Notes under the pieces: generated by a model
The model's database searches: none
What the model was told of the DNA's origin: nothing
What the model saw: only the letters and a program-made list of their open reading frames with translations
Source of the DNA: Octopus bimaculoides
Lineage: Eukaryota
DNA: 64,000 bases
Assembly (NCBI RefSeq): GCF_001194135.2
Contig: NC_069005.1
Location: 1,102,478-1,166,477, forward strand
Direction: 5' to 3'
Position numbers and translations under genes: made by a program
Part shown: positions 33,885 to 46,210 of the stretch, piece after piece
Position numbering within the stretch: the stretch's first letter is position 1
Layout: every line of letters starts with the position of its first letter

Positions 33885-36434
33885 TGACGCTGATGTCTGG
33901 AAGGTTTATTTGAGATATTAAAATGTGCAATTTTATATCAAAGAACCAGAAGCAGTCTCAGACAGGATGGTATAAGAATATAAGAAGGGTAAAAAAAAAG
34001 GATTTAAGCCCATATTGATCCAATTAATCTATAGTAATCACTCAAAACTGACTGAGAGAGTTGAAGATAAGGACTGCTTGAGATCCTGGTTCAACTGAAC
34101 AGGTTAACCAAGGCTACTAGCAAACCATATTACTGTTCTACATAAAAGTAAGCCAACAAGTCGACATCAGTGGAACAGAGCTGAGTCTGATTGAGTTGAC
34201 AGAGGTGTCAGCGTTGCCATCAAATAACTGACAGGTGGAATCCCACTACACAACTCTTGACAGTTCTGTTAAGCTGCTTGCTTTTCCATTGCTGCACAAA
34301 TCACACCTCAACAAGAAACAATCAGACAAGGCGAATGTTTCTTGGGAACTGACTTCCAATGACTGAAAATACATCCAAACAAAAATTTCCTTTTCTTCTT
34401 TCGCTTTTTTTTTGTGAAGAAAAAAAGACCAATTATACTTTGAAGAAAATAAATTATACTGAATAAATTGAGTGTTATTGTTAATAAATTCAAAGAAAAT
34501 TAAAAGTTCTGAAATGAAACAAAACAAATGAAAACATCCGATTCCCCCCCTTCTCTTCCTTCCACACTAGTTATCTCTATGTAATATTAGAAACCAGAAA
34601 AATCAACACTTCAACCATTTTCAATCAGCCTTGCAGTGAAATAATGGAAGATTTCAATTCTTCTCATGCTTTTCTTTGTTTTCCATTCACAGAAAAAACA
34701 AAAACACACTTTGTTTTGTTTNNNNNNNNNNNNNNNNNNNNNNNNNNNNNNNNNNNNNNNNNNNNNNNNNNNNNNNNNNNNNNNNNNNNNNNNNNNNNNN
34801 NNNNNNNNNNNNNNNNNNNNNNNNNNNNNNNNNNNNNNNNNNNNNNNNNNNNNNNNNNNNNNNNNNNNNNNNNNNNNNNNNNNNNNNNNNNNNNNNNNNN
34901 NNNNNNNNNNNNNNNNNNNNNNNNNNNNNNNNNNNNNNNNNNNNNNNNNNNNNNNNNNNNNNNNNNNNNNNNNNNNNNNNNNNNNNNNNNNNNNNNNNNN
35001 NNNNNNNNNNNNNNNNNNNNNNNNNNNNNNNNNNNNNNNNNNNNNNNNNNNNNNNNNNNNNNNNNNNNNNNNNNNNNNNNNNNNNNNNNNNNNNNNNNNN
35101 NNNNNNNNNNNNNNNNNNNNNNNNNNNNNNNNNNNNNNNNNNNNNNNNNNNNNNNNNNNNNNNNNNNNNNNNNNNNNNNNNNNNNNNNNNNNNNNNNNNN
35201 NNNNNNNNNNNNNNNNNNNNNNNNNNNNNNNNNNNNNNNNNNNNNNNNNNNNNNNNNNNNNNNNNNNNNNNNNNNNNNNNNNNNNNNNNNNNNNNNNNNN
35301 NNNNNNNNNNNNNNNNNNNNNNNNNNNNNNNNNNNNNNNNNNNNNGCTGTCGTTACTACTACTACTGCTGCTGCTGCTGCTACCACCTCCACTACTATTA
35401 CTACTATCACCACCACCACCACCACCCATCATCATTACTATTGGTACTGTTACCATAACATTTTAAAGAACACTTCCAAAACACAAAACGTTCAAAAACC
35501 TAAAAGATTTCTCAATTGCAAAGTCCAAGAGTCTGTGAAAATCAATGAATATTTTTCATTGTGAAACTCGTTTAGAATTTGGCAAAATGAACTTAATTGA
35601 AATAAATGAGCAATAAAGTGGATGGGGCAGCGGGGGGGGGGACGAGAAATAAGAACATTATCAAATGAGGGGGGAAACTGTAAGAAGTGGTTAAGAAATA
35701 TGTTTCACAACCACATGTTCTGGGTCAGGGTTCAATCCCACTGCACAGCACCTTGGGTAAATGGCTTCTATTATAGCCCCAGGCTGACCATAGACAGGGG
35801 AATAGATTTGGTAGACGGAAACTGAGTGGAAGCCTGTCCTGGGCAACCTGCAGCCCACGGGATTTTCTCAATGGCAAACCAACAAAAAATTACCTTGAAT
35901 TTTGTTTTAGTGGAGTGGCCCACCTGATGATGCTGAGCTATATCTCATTGCGGCTTGGTTCTCAATAAAGACTGTCCACGCCAAGTGTAAACAATTTTGG
36001 ACAAGATTAGGGAGGGAAATGATTTCCAGAAAGAGAATGTAGGGAAAAACCAGAACCTTTTCAAATATTTCTTTCCCAAAATATTCACAAGAAACCAGTG
36101 TTGATTAGTTATCCTTATCTCTCAAAATGCTTAATGAAAAATTTCAATCACTGCTAATCCAGTCTAACGAAGCTGCAGAATCGCAGACACCATAGCAGTG
36201 TGTTTCAATGATCTACGGTTGTTGGAACCATAAGATCCTGATAGTGTTTCTATGATCAATATTTGGAATCATAGATACCATAAGAATTGTGCTTCCGTGA
36301 TCTTTGCCTGGAACAAAGTAGACCAACCTGTGCTACTCCGGATTAACAAACAATAAAATGCAACACTTGACACAGGATTAGGATTACAGCTGATTCATAC
36401 AGAACTACATGTTTTGCATGTATGGAAGGCCATA

Positions 36435-36467
<33 letters not shown>

Positions 36468-37829
36468 TCACTGTATTGAACAGATTATTCGATGTTTATA
36501 TCCCATGAGTCACATGATGCTACCCTGCAGGGGTGAGCAGGCCAAATCCCTCTCGAACACAATACCCAATCCATTGCTGAGTTCCCCACTTACACCTGAG
36601 TGGACTGGAGCACCACAAAATTAAGTATTTTGTTAAAGAAGACAACACACCACTGATCTGGGAATTGAAACCACAATCTTTGTGATCACAAATGCAACAC
36701 TCTAACCACTAGGCCACACACCTCCACAATATACATTCATACATACATATATATCAGGGACATGCCACTTGGGTAGGCAAGGTAGGCAGTGCCTAACCTG
36801 AATAAAACAGATCACTGTAACTCGTAGGACAAGGCCCCTCAACTGAGAGGGGGTGTAGGAGGGAAGGAGGTAATTTTATGCCAGGTGCTTCGCTGGAGGA
36901 GAGAGGCCAAGTTACTCCAGTTGGAAAAAACAGAAAAGATGGTGGAAAAGACATGTGAGGAAGGACTTAACTCTTGAGAGTGTGTAAATATAAATGGCAA
37001 AATATGCAACAGGAACTCTGATGATTTAATAAGTACAGGTGCTTAACTCAAGTTTTCATGCTATTGAGCAAAGAGGGAAAAAGTCCCTTCGCAGAAATGA
37101 TGCTCGTTGACTTTAAGTATGTACAATGTGTTACGTATTCCTAACAGCTGGGAGAACTGAAGTATATAAGATTAAGGGCCTTGTCCTGCACCGAGAGGAA
37201 AGAAATAAGGTGACTACAATAGAACTATGCTTTAAAAAGCTATGGACTGATACTGTAATACTTCATTGAGTCCATTATTTTACATCTACTGTCATGTGAG
37301 TACGAAGACCTGGTACCTTCTAAACCAAGATAACTGTACAGTAGTAACAGTAGTAATAGTAGTAGTAGTAGTAGTAGTAGTAGTATCAGCAGCATGTTTA
37401 CAAGTACGTCAGTGATTAGAACAGCTTATGTTAGTAATTTTTCACCACAACAAAATCAGCATCGATATTTGGCGAGATTTCAAAAACTTTGAACTGCAGC
37501 CAAAGTAACACAACTCCACCAGAAGTTTCAATTGAAAGGAGAAAAAAAGGGGAGGAAAAAAATGAATACTGCATCTTTGTAGTATTTTTGATGTGTGTCT
37601 TTAAAAGGGAATCAGGTCCTTCAGCAAATGTAAAAAAGATGAAGGTTGCACGCCCCACAATGGTCTATGAATTGATTCATAGTGTACACCAGAGCATTTT
37701 TTGTGAAAAAACATACAATTTTAGTCTCATTGTGGAAAGATGATTAACCCTTCCGACACCAACACAACTGAGGCTGCTCCTGGTTCTATGATAGAAACTT
37801 GCTGTTCTAATTGATCTTAATTTAACTCT

Positions 37830-38480
37830 TTAGCATTCAGACTATATTCCCTGTCAACCTTCCTCTGATATTGCTGCACCTCTTATGTCTCCATAGCTTG
37901 CACTGGGTACACTTTATGGAATTTCTACCTACGCCTTTTCTACATATTGAGCAGGGCCATCTCCCTGGAGAGATTTAGGATTTGTCTGTTTTCCTACTTA
38001 CTAAGACTTAGGTTTTTGCTAAATTAACTCTGAGGCCCTTTGATTCTAGACCTTGCTTCCACTCCTGAATTTTCTTTTTCAGTTCTGGTAGTGATTCAGC
38101 AATAAGAACAAGGTCATCAACAGTCTGACTTCAATTCCTCTGAAGGACTATGGTGAACAAGAAAGGGCTGAGAACTGATCCTTGGTGAACTTCCTACCTG
38201 TACACTGAATTCATTGCTATACTCCTTGACAATCCTCACCTTACTGTCAGCTCCCTGTACATGGTTTGTACAGCTCTCATCAGCCATTCCTTTATCCCTA
38301 GTTTCTACAATGACCACTAGATAAGGGATCGGGGGACCCTGTCAAAAGCTTTCTCCATGTCAACAAAAGCCAAGTTTATTTTTGGGCTCGGAACTTCTCC
38401 TGCAACTGTCTTACCAGGAATATAGCATCAGTGGTGCTTCTCCCTGGCACAAAACCAAACTGCATCTCATCTAGCCTAAC
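37830..38480 (-). mobile_element. RTE-clade LINE reverse transcriptase fragment (pseudogenised)
   Basis: The minus strand gives FGFVPGRSTTDAIFLVRQLQEKF, LAFVDMEKAFDRVPR, HQGSVLSPFLF, GLRVNLAKT and WPCSICRKGVGRNSIKCTQCKLWRHKRCS, with stops, frameshifts and a deletion over the YADD region. Confidence 0.9.
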
Positions 38481-40134
38481 TTTCTCCCTAACACCATATC
38501 AATCATTAACCAAATATCAACAATGAATACAAAAGAATAAACTGGAGATTCTTTTTGATGGTTTTGGCTTAATTAAAATGAAGCAAATTTATCAAATTCA
38601 AGTTGTCAAAATGCAATAAATGTGAAAACTAACATTTTGAAATTAATTTTATGTTTTGTATTGATTTGGTTCTGGATTCTTTCAATCCTCAACGGGAAAA
38701 AATGGATCAATCAAACAAAACCATTGTCTTCAAAGAACTAATGAATCTGATTATAAAGGCTAACGAGAATAGAACATGTGTGTATTTATAATGTTGTAAG
38801 CTCATCCATAACAGGTGAGACAGACAGGTAATACAAGAGACCTGTCTTTTGTAACAGAGAAAATAGACAAATTGTGAAGAATAGAAATTCCTGCTTAAAT
38901 TGGCTGCAGTTGATTGTTAAACATTAGTTACAATACTAGTTTCTATCGTATTCTCTTAGAAGCCATTTTTAATGTAAAAATTAGATTTTCTTTTATAAGT
39001 GACATATGAGAGAGAATGGGAAGAGAGAGAGAGAGGGAGGGAGAAAGAGAATGAAGGCAAAGAGAGGGAGAGAGAAAGAAAGAGAGGAGGAGAGTTAGAT
39101 TTGAATGAATAAAAGAACATTCCATTTGAGTTCGCTTGTTTATTATTTTAGCTGCCTTTTAATACTTTGAACAAGAAAAGTGACTACGTCTGCTCCAAAT
39201 TTTAGAATTCCTAACTGCAAAAATTGGGTTTTACCCCAAGGCATTGACAAAAACCAAGATGTGGAGGCACACCAAGTGACTTTTTACAAAAGACATTTTC
39301 CACATTTAATTTTTTTTCACATATTTCATCAAATCACTCTTTGCAGAGCAAGAATCAAAAATACTTTCAGTGGTGGACATGAAAACAATTCCCACAGGAA
39401 ATATCGGAAAAATATTGCAGAAGGAGAAAAAAATATTGGTTTCAAATTTTAGCACAAGGAGTAAATTGTCACTGTTGTCGTTTTAATGTCTACTTTCTCG
39501 TGCTTGCATCGGTTAAATGAGAGTATGCTGTAGCAGGGATTTCTAGGGCTGGATGCCCTTCCTGTCACCAACCCGTTTCAATGTGAGGTAATAATCTGCC
39601 AGTCTATCAAACAAACAACCCCAATATGGTTTTGTGGAGCGAGAACAAACAAGGCCAACAGCAAAGCCGATGTCTACAACCAGTGAGTAGAAAACAAAAT
39701 CACTTACACAAATACACACACAAGGCCTTGGTTGACCCAGGGTTGTAGAAGACACATGCCCAAGGTGCCATGCAGTGGGATTGAACCTGAAACTTCATAC
39801 TTGACAAGCAACTTCTTAACTATACAGGCATAAAGAAATAAAGTACAGAACAGCAAATTCATGAGAGTTGATTTTTAAGGATCAACAGACACGACATAAT
39901 TCCAGTATGGAAGCATTTAGTATTCAACGTGATTTTCTAAGCTGCTAATTACAGTGCAAAGGTGGTTGGGAGATTTTCATTCACAATTGCTTGCAAACAA
40001 GTTTTTAAATGTTTTCAACTTTATTGCTACATGTGTAAAACATTCACTGGAATTTATCAAAGAATGCAAAACCGCAACAAATAACTGCCACATAATGGAA
40101 CCAAACAGATGTCAGTCAACAGTCAGCCATTACC

Positions 40135-40166
<32 letters not shown>

Positions 40167-40729
40167 TATTATTATTACCATCCCTCTTTTCTGCTTCATC
40201 ATAAATCTTAACTACAAACCGCTCTATACAGAAACGTATGCTCTGGACCCGTTATACAATTTGTTGAGTAGCTTTTGTATGACTCGTTAGCTTTTGTCTG
40301 CATTAGCAATTACTAATGTTCACATTATAATAGGTCGTTCTTTGTATACATTTAGCCCCCACCCCACCACCTCGGCAATAAAGAGACGCTCTTTCTCAAC
40401 TCTTATAATTAACGTCTGTCCAAATGGTTTGCTTTCATTTCCCAATCTATTTGTGCAGCTTCTCCCTAGATTTTGTAACCTGGCTGTCTTCAACAATAGT
40501 TTTAGCGAAATGATTCTAATATTGGTTGATTATCATTGATTGGTAGCATATTGTCCAACATGTGCAACACCCTCACAGGTGATCTTGTCTATATTTCCCC
40601 TCATCTTATGATGTGATGGTCATAAATACTCCAAGTAAGATATTGGTTGAGGATGGGTGAAAAATCTTGCTTTAGTGTAGCCTTGATCAATTTGGTTTAA
40701 CTGAAAGCTCTCAATAAGGTTGACCTTCA

Positions 40730-40955
40730 CTGATTGGCAGCTAGTTTCAATCCTGTTTCCAGTAGCTACATTGCTTCAATGTACAGTGGTAGGCCATTCC
40801 TAGAATGTGGAATAAGATCAATGCCAGTATATGCAAATGGCATCACCGTAATAGTGTTGGACACTCTTGAAGCCAAAGTAAATGGCATTGTTCTAAAGGA
40901 ATATGAAGCAGTGACAAGATCAACTCAGACAAAGATGTGGATTTGTAACTGAATA
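40730..40955 (+). mobile_element. Possible L1/Tx1-type RT remnant
   Basis: VYANGITVIVLDTLEAKVNGIVLKEYEAVT resembles YADDxTVxV...LKEYEAVTG with a decayed catalytic motif. Short match, from recall. Confidence 0.4.
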
Positions 40956-41949
40956 CCTGGACAGTGTACTGGAACAGCGGACAGACAAACTGGTTAATCT
41001 ACTTGGGGGGGGGGGTCTACATTAGTCTGAATCTCCTGGTAGATAGGAACTAAGACAAGGTAATGAACAGAGTGGCTAGTCTAACAAAAGAAATGAAATG
41101 AGAGGATTACAATCTCTGAAAAGTCAGATAGAAATGGTAAATGCATGATGGTGCTGCATAAAAAGCACCCAGAATACTCTTCTAAAGTGGTTGGCATTAG
41201 GAAGGGCATCCATCCATAGAAACCATACCAAAACAGACAAATGGAGCCTGGTCAAGCTCTCCAGCTGGCCAACTCCTGTCAAATTGCCCAACCCTTGCCA
41301 GCATGGAAAACGATGATGATGATGATGATCACTTCCATTACAGACTGTCATCTGACTCTTCAGAGCACAGTAGTTGGTGAATCTTGCCACCTTGTATCAT
41401 TTTATTTCCACTTAGAACATTTGAAACTTGGTGCAGATGTAAAATCTATGAAGAGTTTCTTAATTGCTTACTGAGTGTCTTAGTGCAGTGCCTCAAAGAA
41501 AATGTGATATCACTTGTAAGTAAATAAACGAGAATCATTAGTATTAGGATGGAAACAAAACTATTTCAAGATGGATTTTCTTAATGCAACTGTTTTGGCA
41601 CAGGGCCAGCTACAGGCTTCAACTTGGTGTAAATGATGTTGTGAATGAATTGGCATCATCACTATCACCACTGTCATCATCATCCTTCTTTTAACATCCA
41701 CCTTTCCATGCTTGCATGGGTCAGATGGAATTTGTTGCTGCAGATTTTCTATGGCTGAATGCCCTTCCTGTTGCCAACCTTTGCTTTCAAGAGAAAGTAA
41801 TGTTTTCCTATGACCAGCCATACTATCACAAAAGGTTAGAAACAAACAACACCACTTGTGTACAACTGTTGTATGATGTTAAGAGGACACACACACACAC
41901 ACGATGGGCTTCTTTCAGTTTGTCAACCAAATCCGCTCACAAGGTTTAA

Positions 41950-42159
41950 CCCTTTAGCATTTAAATGGGCCAGATCTGGCTCAAATATTCTACTTATTTT
42001 ATCCAGATCTGGCCTCTCACACTTACTTACAATGTCATTCTAGAAAAATTAACAGACACATCATCAAAATCTTGAAGGCATGAGATAATGCTTAATTAAT
42101 TAAAAACAATGTGAATAAATAAGCATTACATTTGACAAAGTAATCTGAATGTTAAAGGA
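41950..42159. mobile_element. Intact piggyBac-like MITE, 210 bp
   Basis: TTAA at 41946-41949 and 42160-42163; ends CCCTTTAGCATT / AATGTTAAAGGA; partial copies at about 42330, 51800 and 58060. Confidence 0.8.
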
Positions 42160-43940
42160 TTAAATTACTTTCAGACATTCTGTGATATATTGTGTCCCTT
42201 ATGTCACAGGTCTCAAAAGAATCAAGTTGAGTAAAATTGCCAACACTGAGGCCCTTTACTGCCAAATGGTCATGTTTTCACCCTGAATAGGATTGCTACA
42301 TCTTTGGGTGTGTCTGGGGGGTATGACCTTAACCCTTTAGCATTTAAACCAGCCATATCAGGCCTGAATATACTACTTGTTTTATGTTGATCCTGATCGG
42401 ATCTGGCCTCTTACACCTACCAAAGTAATGTTTATAACCAGAAACAAATTCTGTGCATGACTGTCAAATGAGAATAATAGGTGAGTATGCCACACAGATA
42501 TTAAATTTAATAAAATTGATACAAAAGCACAAAGTTAGGAACTTGGTGGTGGTGGTCAGGGGACAGTTGATTAAATTCAAACCCAGTACTTTACTGTTAA
42601 CTTATTTCCTTGACTCTGGAAGGGTGAAAGGCAGAATTAACTACGGTGGGATATAAATTAAACTAATACTACAAATAACACATAGCCATTGTCAGTCCAG
42701 TGGTATCCAACCATTTCATAAAATATTCTTTGTATGGTGTACACCAATACTGTTGAATATGATGAGAGCACACACACTGGAAGAATTTCTAGTCTTAATA
42801 ACAATACAATATGAAACACAATTTAGATGTAAATTTAAAGGAAAATATTTGAAAACTAGTCTAGAAAATTAGAGAATTCTAGTGTTTAACTTGGGCCCTG
42901 ATTGTGAAGAATGTTCTGTAGAAAACCTCACCACACACAATGCTTTTAATGAAAAAAAAAAAAAAAAATCTTTCAGCAAAATGATTTTGGGCAGATGTGA
43001 ATTTAACCATAAAGTACTTGAAAACTAGTTGAGAAAATTTGGAAATTTTTGTGCTTAACTCAGGACCTCGTCGTCTCTTCTGACTGTTGACAATTGCCAC
43101 TTATTGTCTAAGATAGACAAGAACAGCACTCGTGGTCGAGACGAGGTTACTTCCCTTTGAAAACATAACATTCGAACGCATGCCACGACCAATATTAGAT
43201 TTATTAACAGGAATACACGTCAATTAAAACTGGGATTCTTTTCCCTCAAGCTTCACTCTTTAAGTACTTGGCTTCTCTATCTTAAATGCTGTCCAACTCA
43301 ACACCTCTCTTCTAAAACTACATTCATATCCTCTTTTTATAACAACTTTACATTTCATCAAGAAAACTTTTAGCTATGATCCCTAAAAAACAAAAGGTCG
43401 TTACAAATCCACCCCAACTTAGTATTCCCTTTTTTTACCTACAACTTTTCTGCTACTTGAATTCCTCATACAACATTTTTACCAAACTAATCTCCCTCGT
43501 GAACACTCAACACAGCTTTTAATTCTTTCATCAAGTATCTCCGTCTCCCTCGTTTACTCAGCTCCCCGATTCAACACTAATTACAGATTCCCATCTAAGA
43601 TAATTACGCACTAATTTTAAAAAATTAACCCACAATAACTCTTCATAAAACATATTACACCATTCGTCTGAAATTATGAACTTCTTTAACAATTTATATC
43701 TCTTTTGAACTATGACAACCATTAGTTTCCAAAAACTAATTCCTAACCTCCAGCGTTACATTCAATTACCAGAGTTACTATCAGTCTTAATAGTTCCCCA
43801 CACATCTCTCTCTCTCTCTCTTTCTCCTCACAATGAGTTTACAACTCAGTGATTTCACTGTCTTTACTGGTTCCTTTCTGATTTCACCAATTCACTTCGT
43901 ATTATCTCCCCTTGACCTATACTTAAAACTTCATTATCAA

Positions 43941-44313
43941 CTCTTTTACTCGTTTCAATCATTTGACTGTGGTCATGCTGGAGCACCGCCTTTAGTCGAG
44001 CAAATCGACCCCAGGACTTATTCTTTGTAAGCCTAGTGCTTATTCTATCGGTCTTTTTTGCCGAACCGTTAAGTTAAGGGGACGTAAACACACCAGCATC
44101 GGTTGTCAAGCGATGTTGGGGGGGACAAACACAGACACACACATATATATACATATATATGACGGGCTTCCTTCAGCCTGTCCACCAAATCCACTCACAA
44201 GGCCCTGGTCGGCCCGAGGCCATAACAGAAGACACCCGCCCAAGGTGCCACGCAGTGGGACCGAACCCGGAACCATGTGGTCGGCAAGCAAGCCACTTAC
44301 CACACAGCCACTC
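43941..44313 (-). mobile_element. Full-length, young tRNA-head SINE
   Basis: A-box-like TGGCTGTGTGG, B-box-like GGTTCGGTCCC, central microsatellite and AAGAGT tail. CpGs are retained; it matches 44900-45293 and 60791-61147. Confidence 0.88.
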
Positions 44314-44489
44314 AACAGAGACATTTTAATTAAACCATTCGTTATCTTACCCTAAATTAATCAACACGCTCACTAATACAACCAGGGTTGATAATAATAT
44401 TGGCAGAGATAATTGATTTTAATCAGGAATGTTCTTCTAAATTAGGCCTTGCACCTAAAAGAGGGTTCAACTGTTGTCACTACTCTATA

Positions 44490-44870
44490 GGCACAGGTGT
44501 GGCCATGTGGTAAGAGGCTTGCTTCACAACCACATGGTTCTAGGTTCAGTTCCACAGCATGGCACCGTGGCTAAGTGTTTTTTCTACTATAGCCCTGGGC
44601 CAACCAAAGCTTTGTGAGTGTATATCATACATGGAAACTGAAAGAAGCCCATTGTCTGTCTGTGTAACTTTCTATTTGCTCTCCATCACCATATTACAAC
44701 CAGTGTCGGGTTTAATTACGTCCCTGTAACTTAGCAGTTCGGCAAGAGATCAATAAAAATGTACCAAGTTTTAAAAAAAAAACTACTGAGGTTGGTTCGT
44801 TCAACTAAAACTCTTTGAGGCAGTGCTCCAGCATGGCCACAGTCCAATCACTGAAACAAGATAAAAAGTT
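44490..44870 (+). mobile_element. Older copy of the same tRNA-head SINE
   Basis: Same head, core and tail order, with more CpG decay. Confidence 0.75.
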
Positions 44871-44899
44871 TAGCACAATGGAGGGATGACAGTCATTGG

Positions 44900-45058
44900 A
44901 GAGTGTAGAACATTGGTGAGTAGCTTGCTTACTAACCATGTGGTTCCAGGTTCAGTCCCACTGCATGGCACCTTGGGCAAGTGTCTTCTACTATAGCCTC
45001 GGGCCGACCGAAGCCTTGTGAGTGGATTTGATAAACGGAAACTGAAAGAAGATCATCG

Positions 45059-45099
<41 letters not shown>

Positions 45100-45293
45100 T
45101 TTCTCTCCACCATCGCTTGACAACCGATGCTGGTGTGTTTACGTCCCCGTAACTTAGCGGTTCGGCAAAAGGGTCCAATAGAATAAGTACTAAGCTTACA
45201 AAGAATAAGTCCTGGGGTCAATTTGCTTGACAAAAGGTGATGCTCCAGCATGGTCGCAGTCCAATGACTGAAACAAGTAAAAGAGTAAAAGAG
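44900..45293 (+). mobile_element. Near full-length tRNA-head SINE
   Basis: GGTTCAGTCCC B-box-like motif, (TA)n(TG)n centre and GTAAAAGAGTAAAAGAG tail. Confidence 0.88.
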
Positions 45294-45639
45294 TTGTTTT
45301 ACTTGGTGGTGGAGGAGGAATTGGCAGCGCCAATGGCCTTCTGCAGGATTTCTGGCACTGGTGAGATTGACGATAATGTTCCACTTAAATACAACTACAG
45401 GAAAGAGATTTTTGAGGGCCAACGTTATGGGAAGAGAGGTTTGTGTATAGGGGTTAATCAGGGGTCTGGAAACATGAAAATAAATACAGGGGTAGACATA
45501 ACTTTTTTTCATTATTTTTAATCAGCAGAAAGTTATAAAACTCACTCAGAGTTTCAGTCTGTAAGTGCCATGCATGAAACTCTTAGCTCTTGAGATACTT
45601 TCATAACTTTCTGATGATTAAAAATAATAATAATAATAA

Positions 45640-45850
45640 TAAAGGTGGAAGGAACCTGTGGAAGAGGTAGACCCAGGAAGACATGGGATGAAGTGGTGAA
45701 GCACAATCTTCGAATGTTAGGCCTCACAGAGGCAATAACAAGCGGCCGAGACCTTTGGTGATATGCTGAGCTTGAGAAGACCCATCAAGCGAAGCGAGAT
45801 TGTAGTCGTGGCCAATGCCAGTGTTGTGTAACTGGCCCATTAAAAGCTCT
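45640..45850 (+). mobile_element. RTE-clade LINE 3' fragment
   Basis: Encodes KVEGTCGRGRPRKTWDEVVKHNLRMLGL. Confidence 0.75.
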
Positions 45851-45959
45851 ACTAAATACATCACAATGCTGGAAATCCTTTTCTATTGCCAGCAGGTATC
45901 TCAGGTCACAAGCATTTCATCCCTTAATCTGTACGCATCACCTGAGTGAGGTAGTGAGG

Positions 45960-46210
45960 GCTGAACTAATCTTCCCCTGTGAAAGGGTTCCACTTGCAGT
46001 CTTTCATCAACCACAACCACCTCGAGCTTGTTTCAGTTGCCATGTCTGTCTCCTTGGTGGCTTTCTTCAGTTGTCTGAGTTGCAGACTTATCTTCTGTAG
46101 GAAACAGTGCACCAATCTAGCTGGAAAACCGAGGCAGCTGACTTCAAAGGGGAACAAGGCTGCATGCCATCCCTTGACAATGGCCTCATCAACCAAGACC
46201 TGATATTTGT
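45960..46210 (-). mobile_element. Hero-like (restriction-like endonuclease) non-LTR retrotransposon C-terminal remnant
   Basis: KYQVLVDEAIVKGWHAALFPFEVSCLGFPARLVHCFL...ATETSSRWLWLMK follows the KYxxLV..GW....PxEVGCRGF...ASxWLW pattern. The clade call is from recall. Confidence 0.65.

Noticed and set aside
34611-35564. Longest ORFs in the track (also 48872-49180, 58467-59114, 59708-60286, 61056-62042)
   Set aside because: They run through N gaps and are artefacts.
44240-44313. A-box/B-box motifs suggesting tRNA genes (here and at other SINE heads)
   Set aside because: No cloverleaf is evident; each continues into a shared SINE body and tail.
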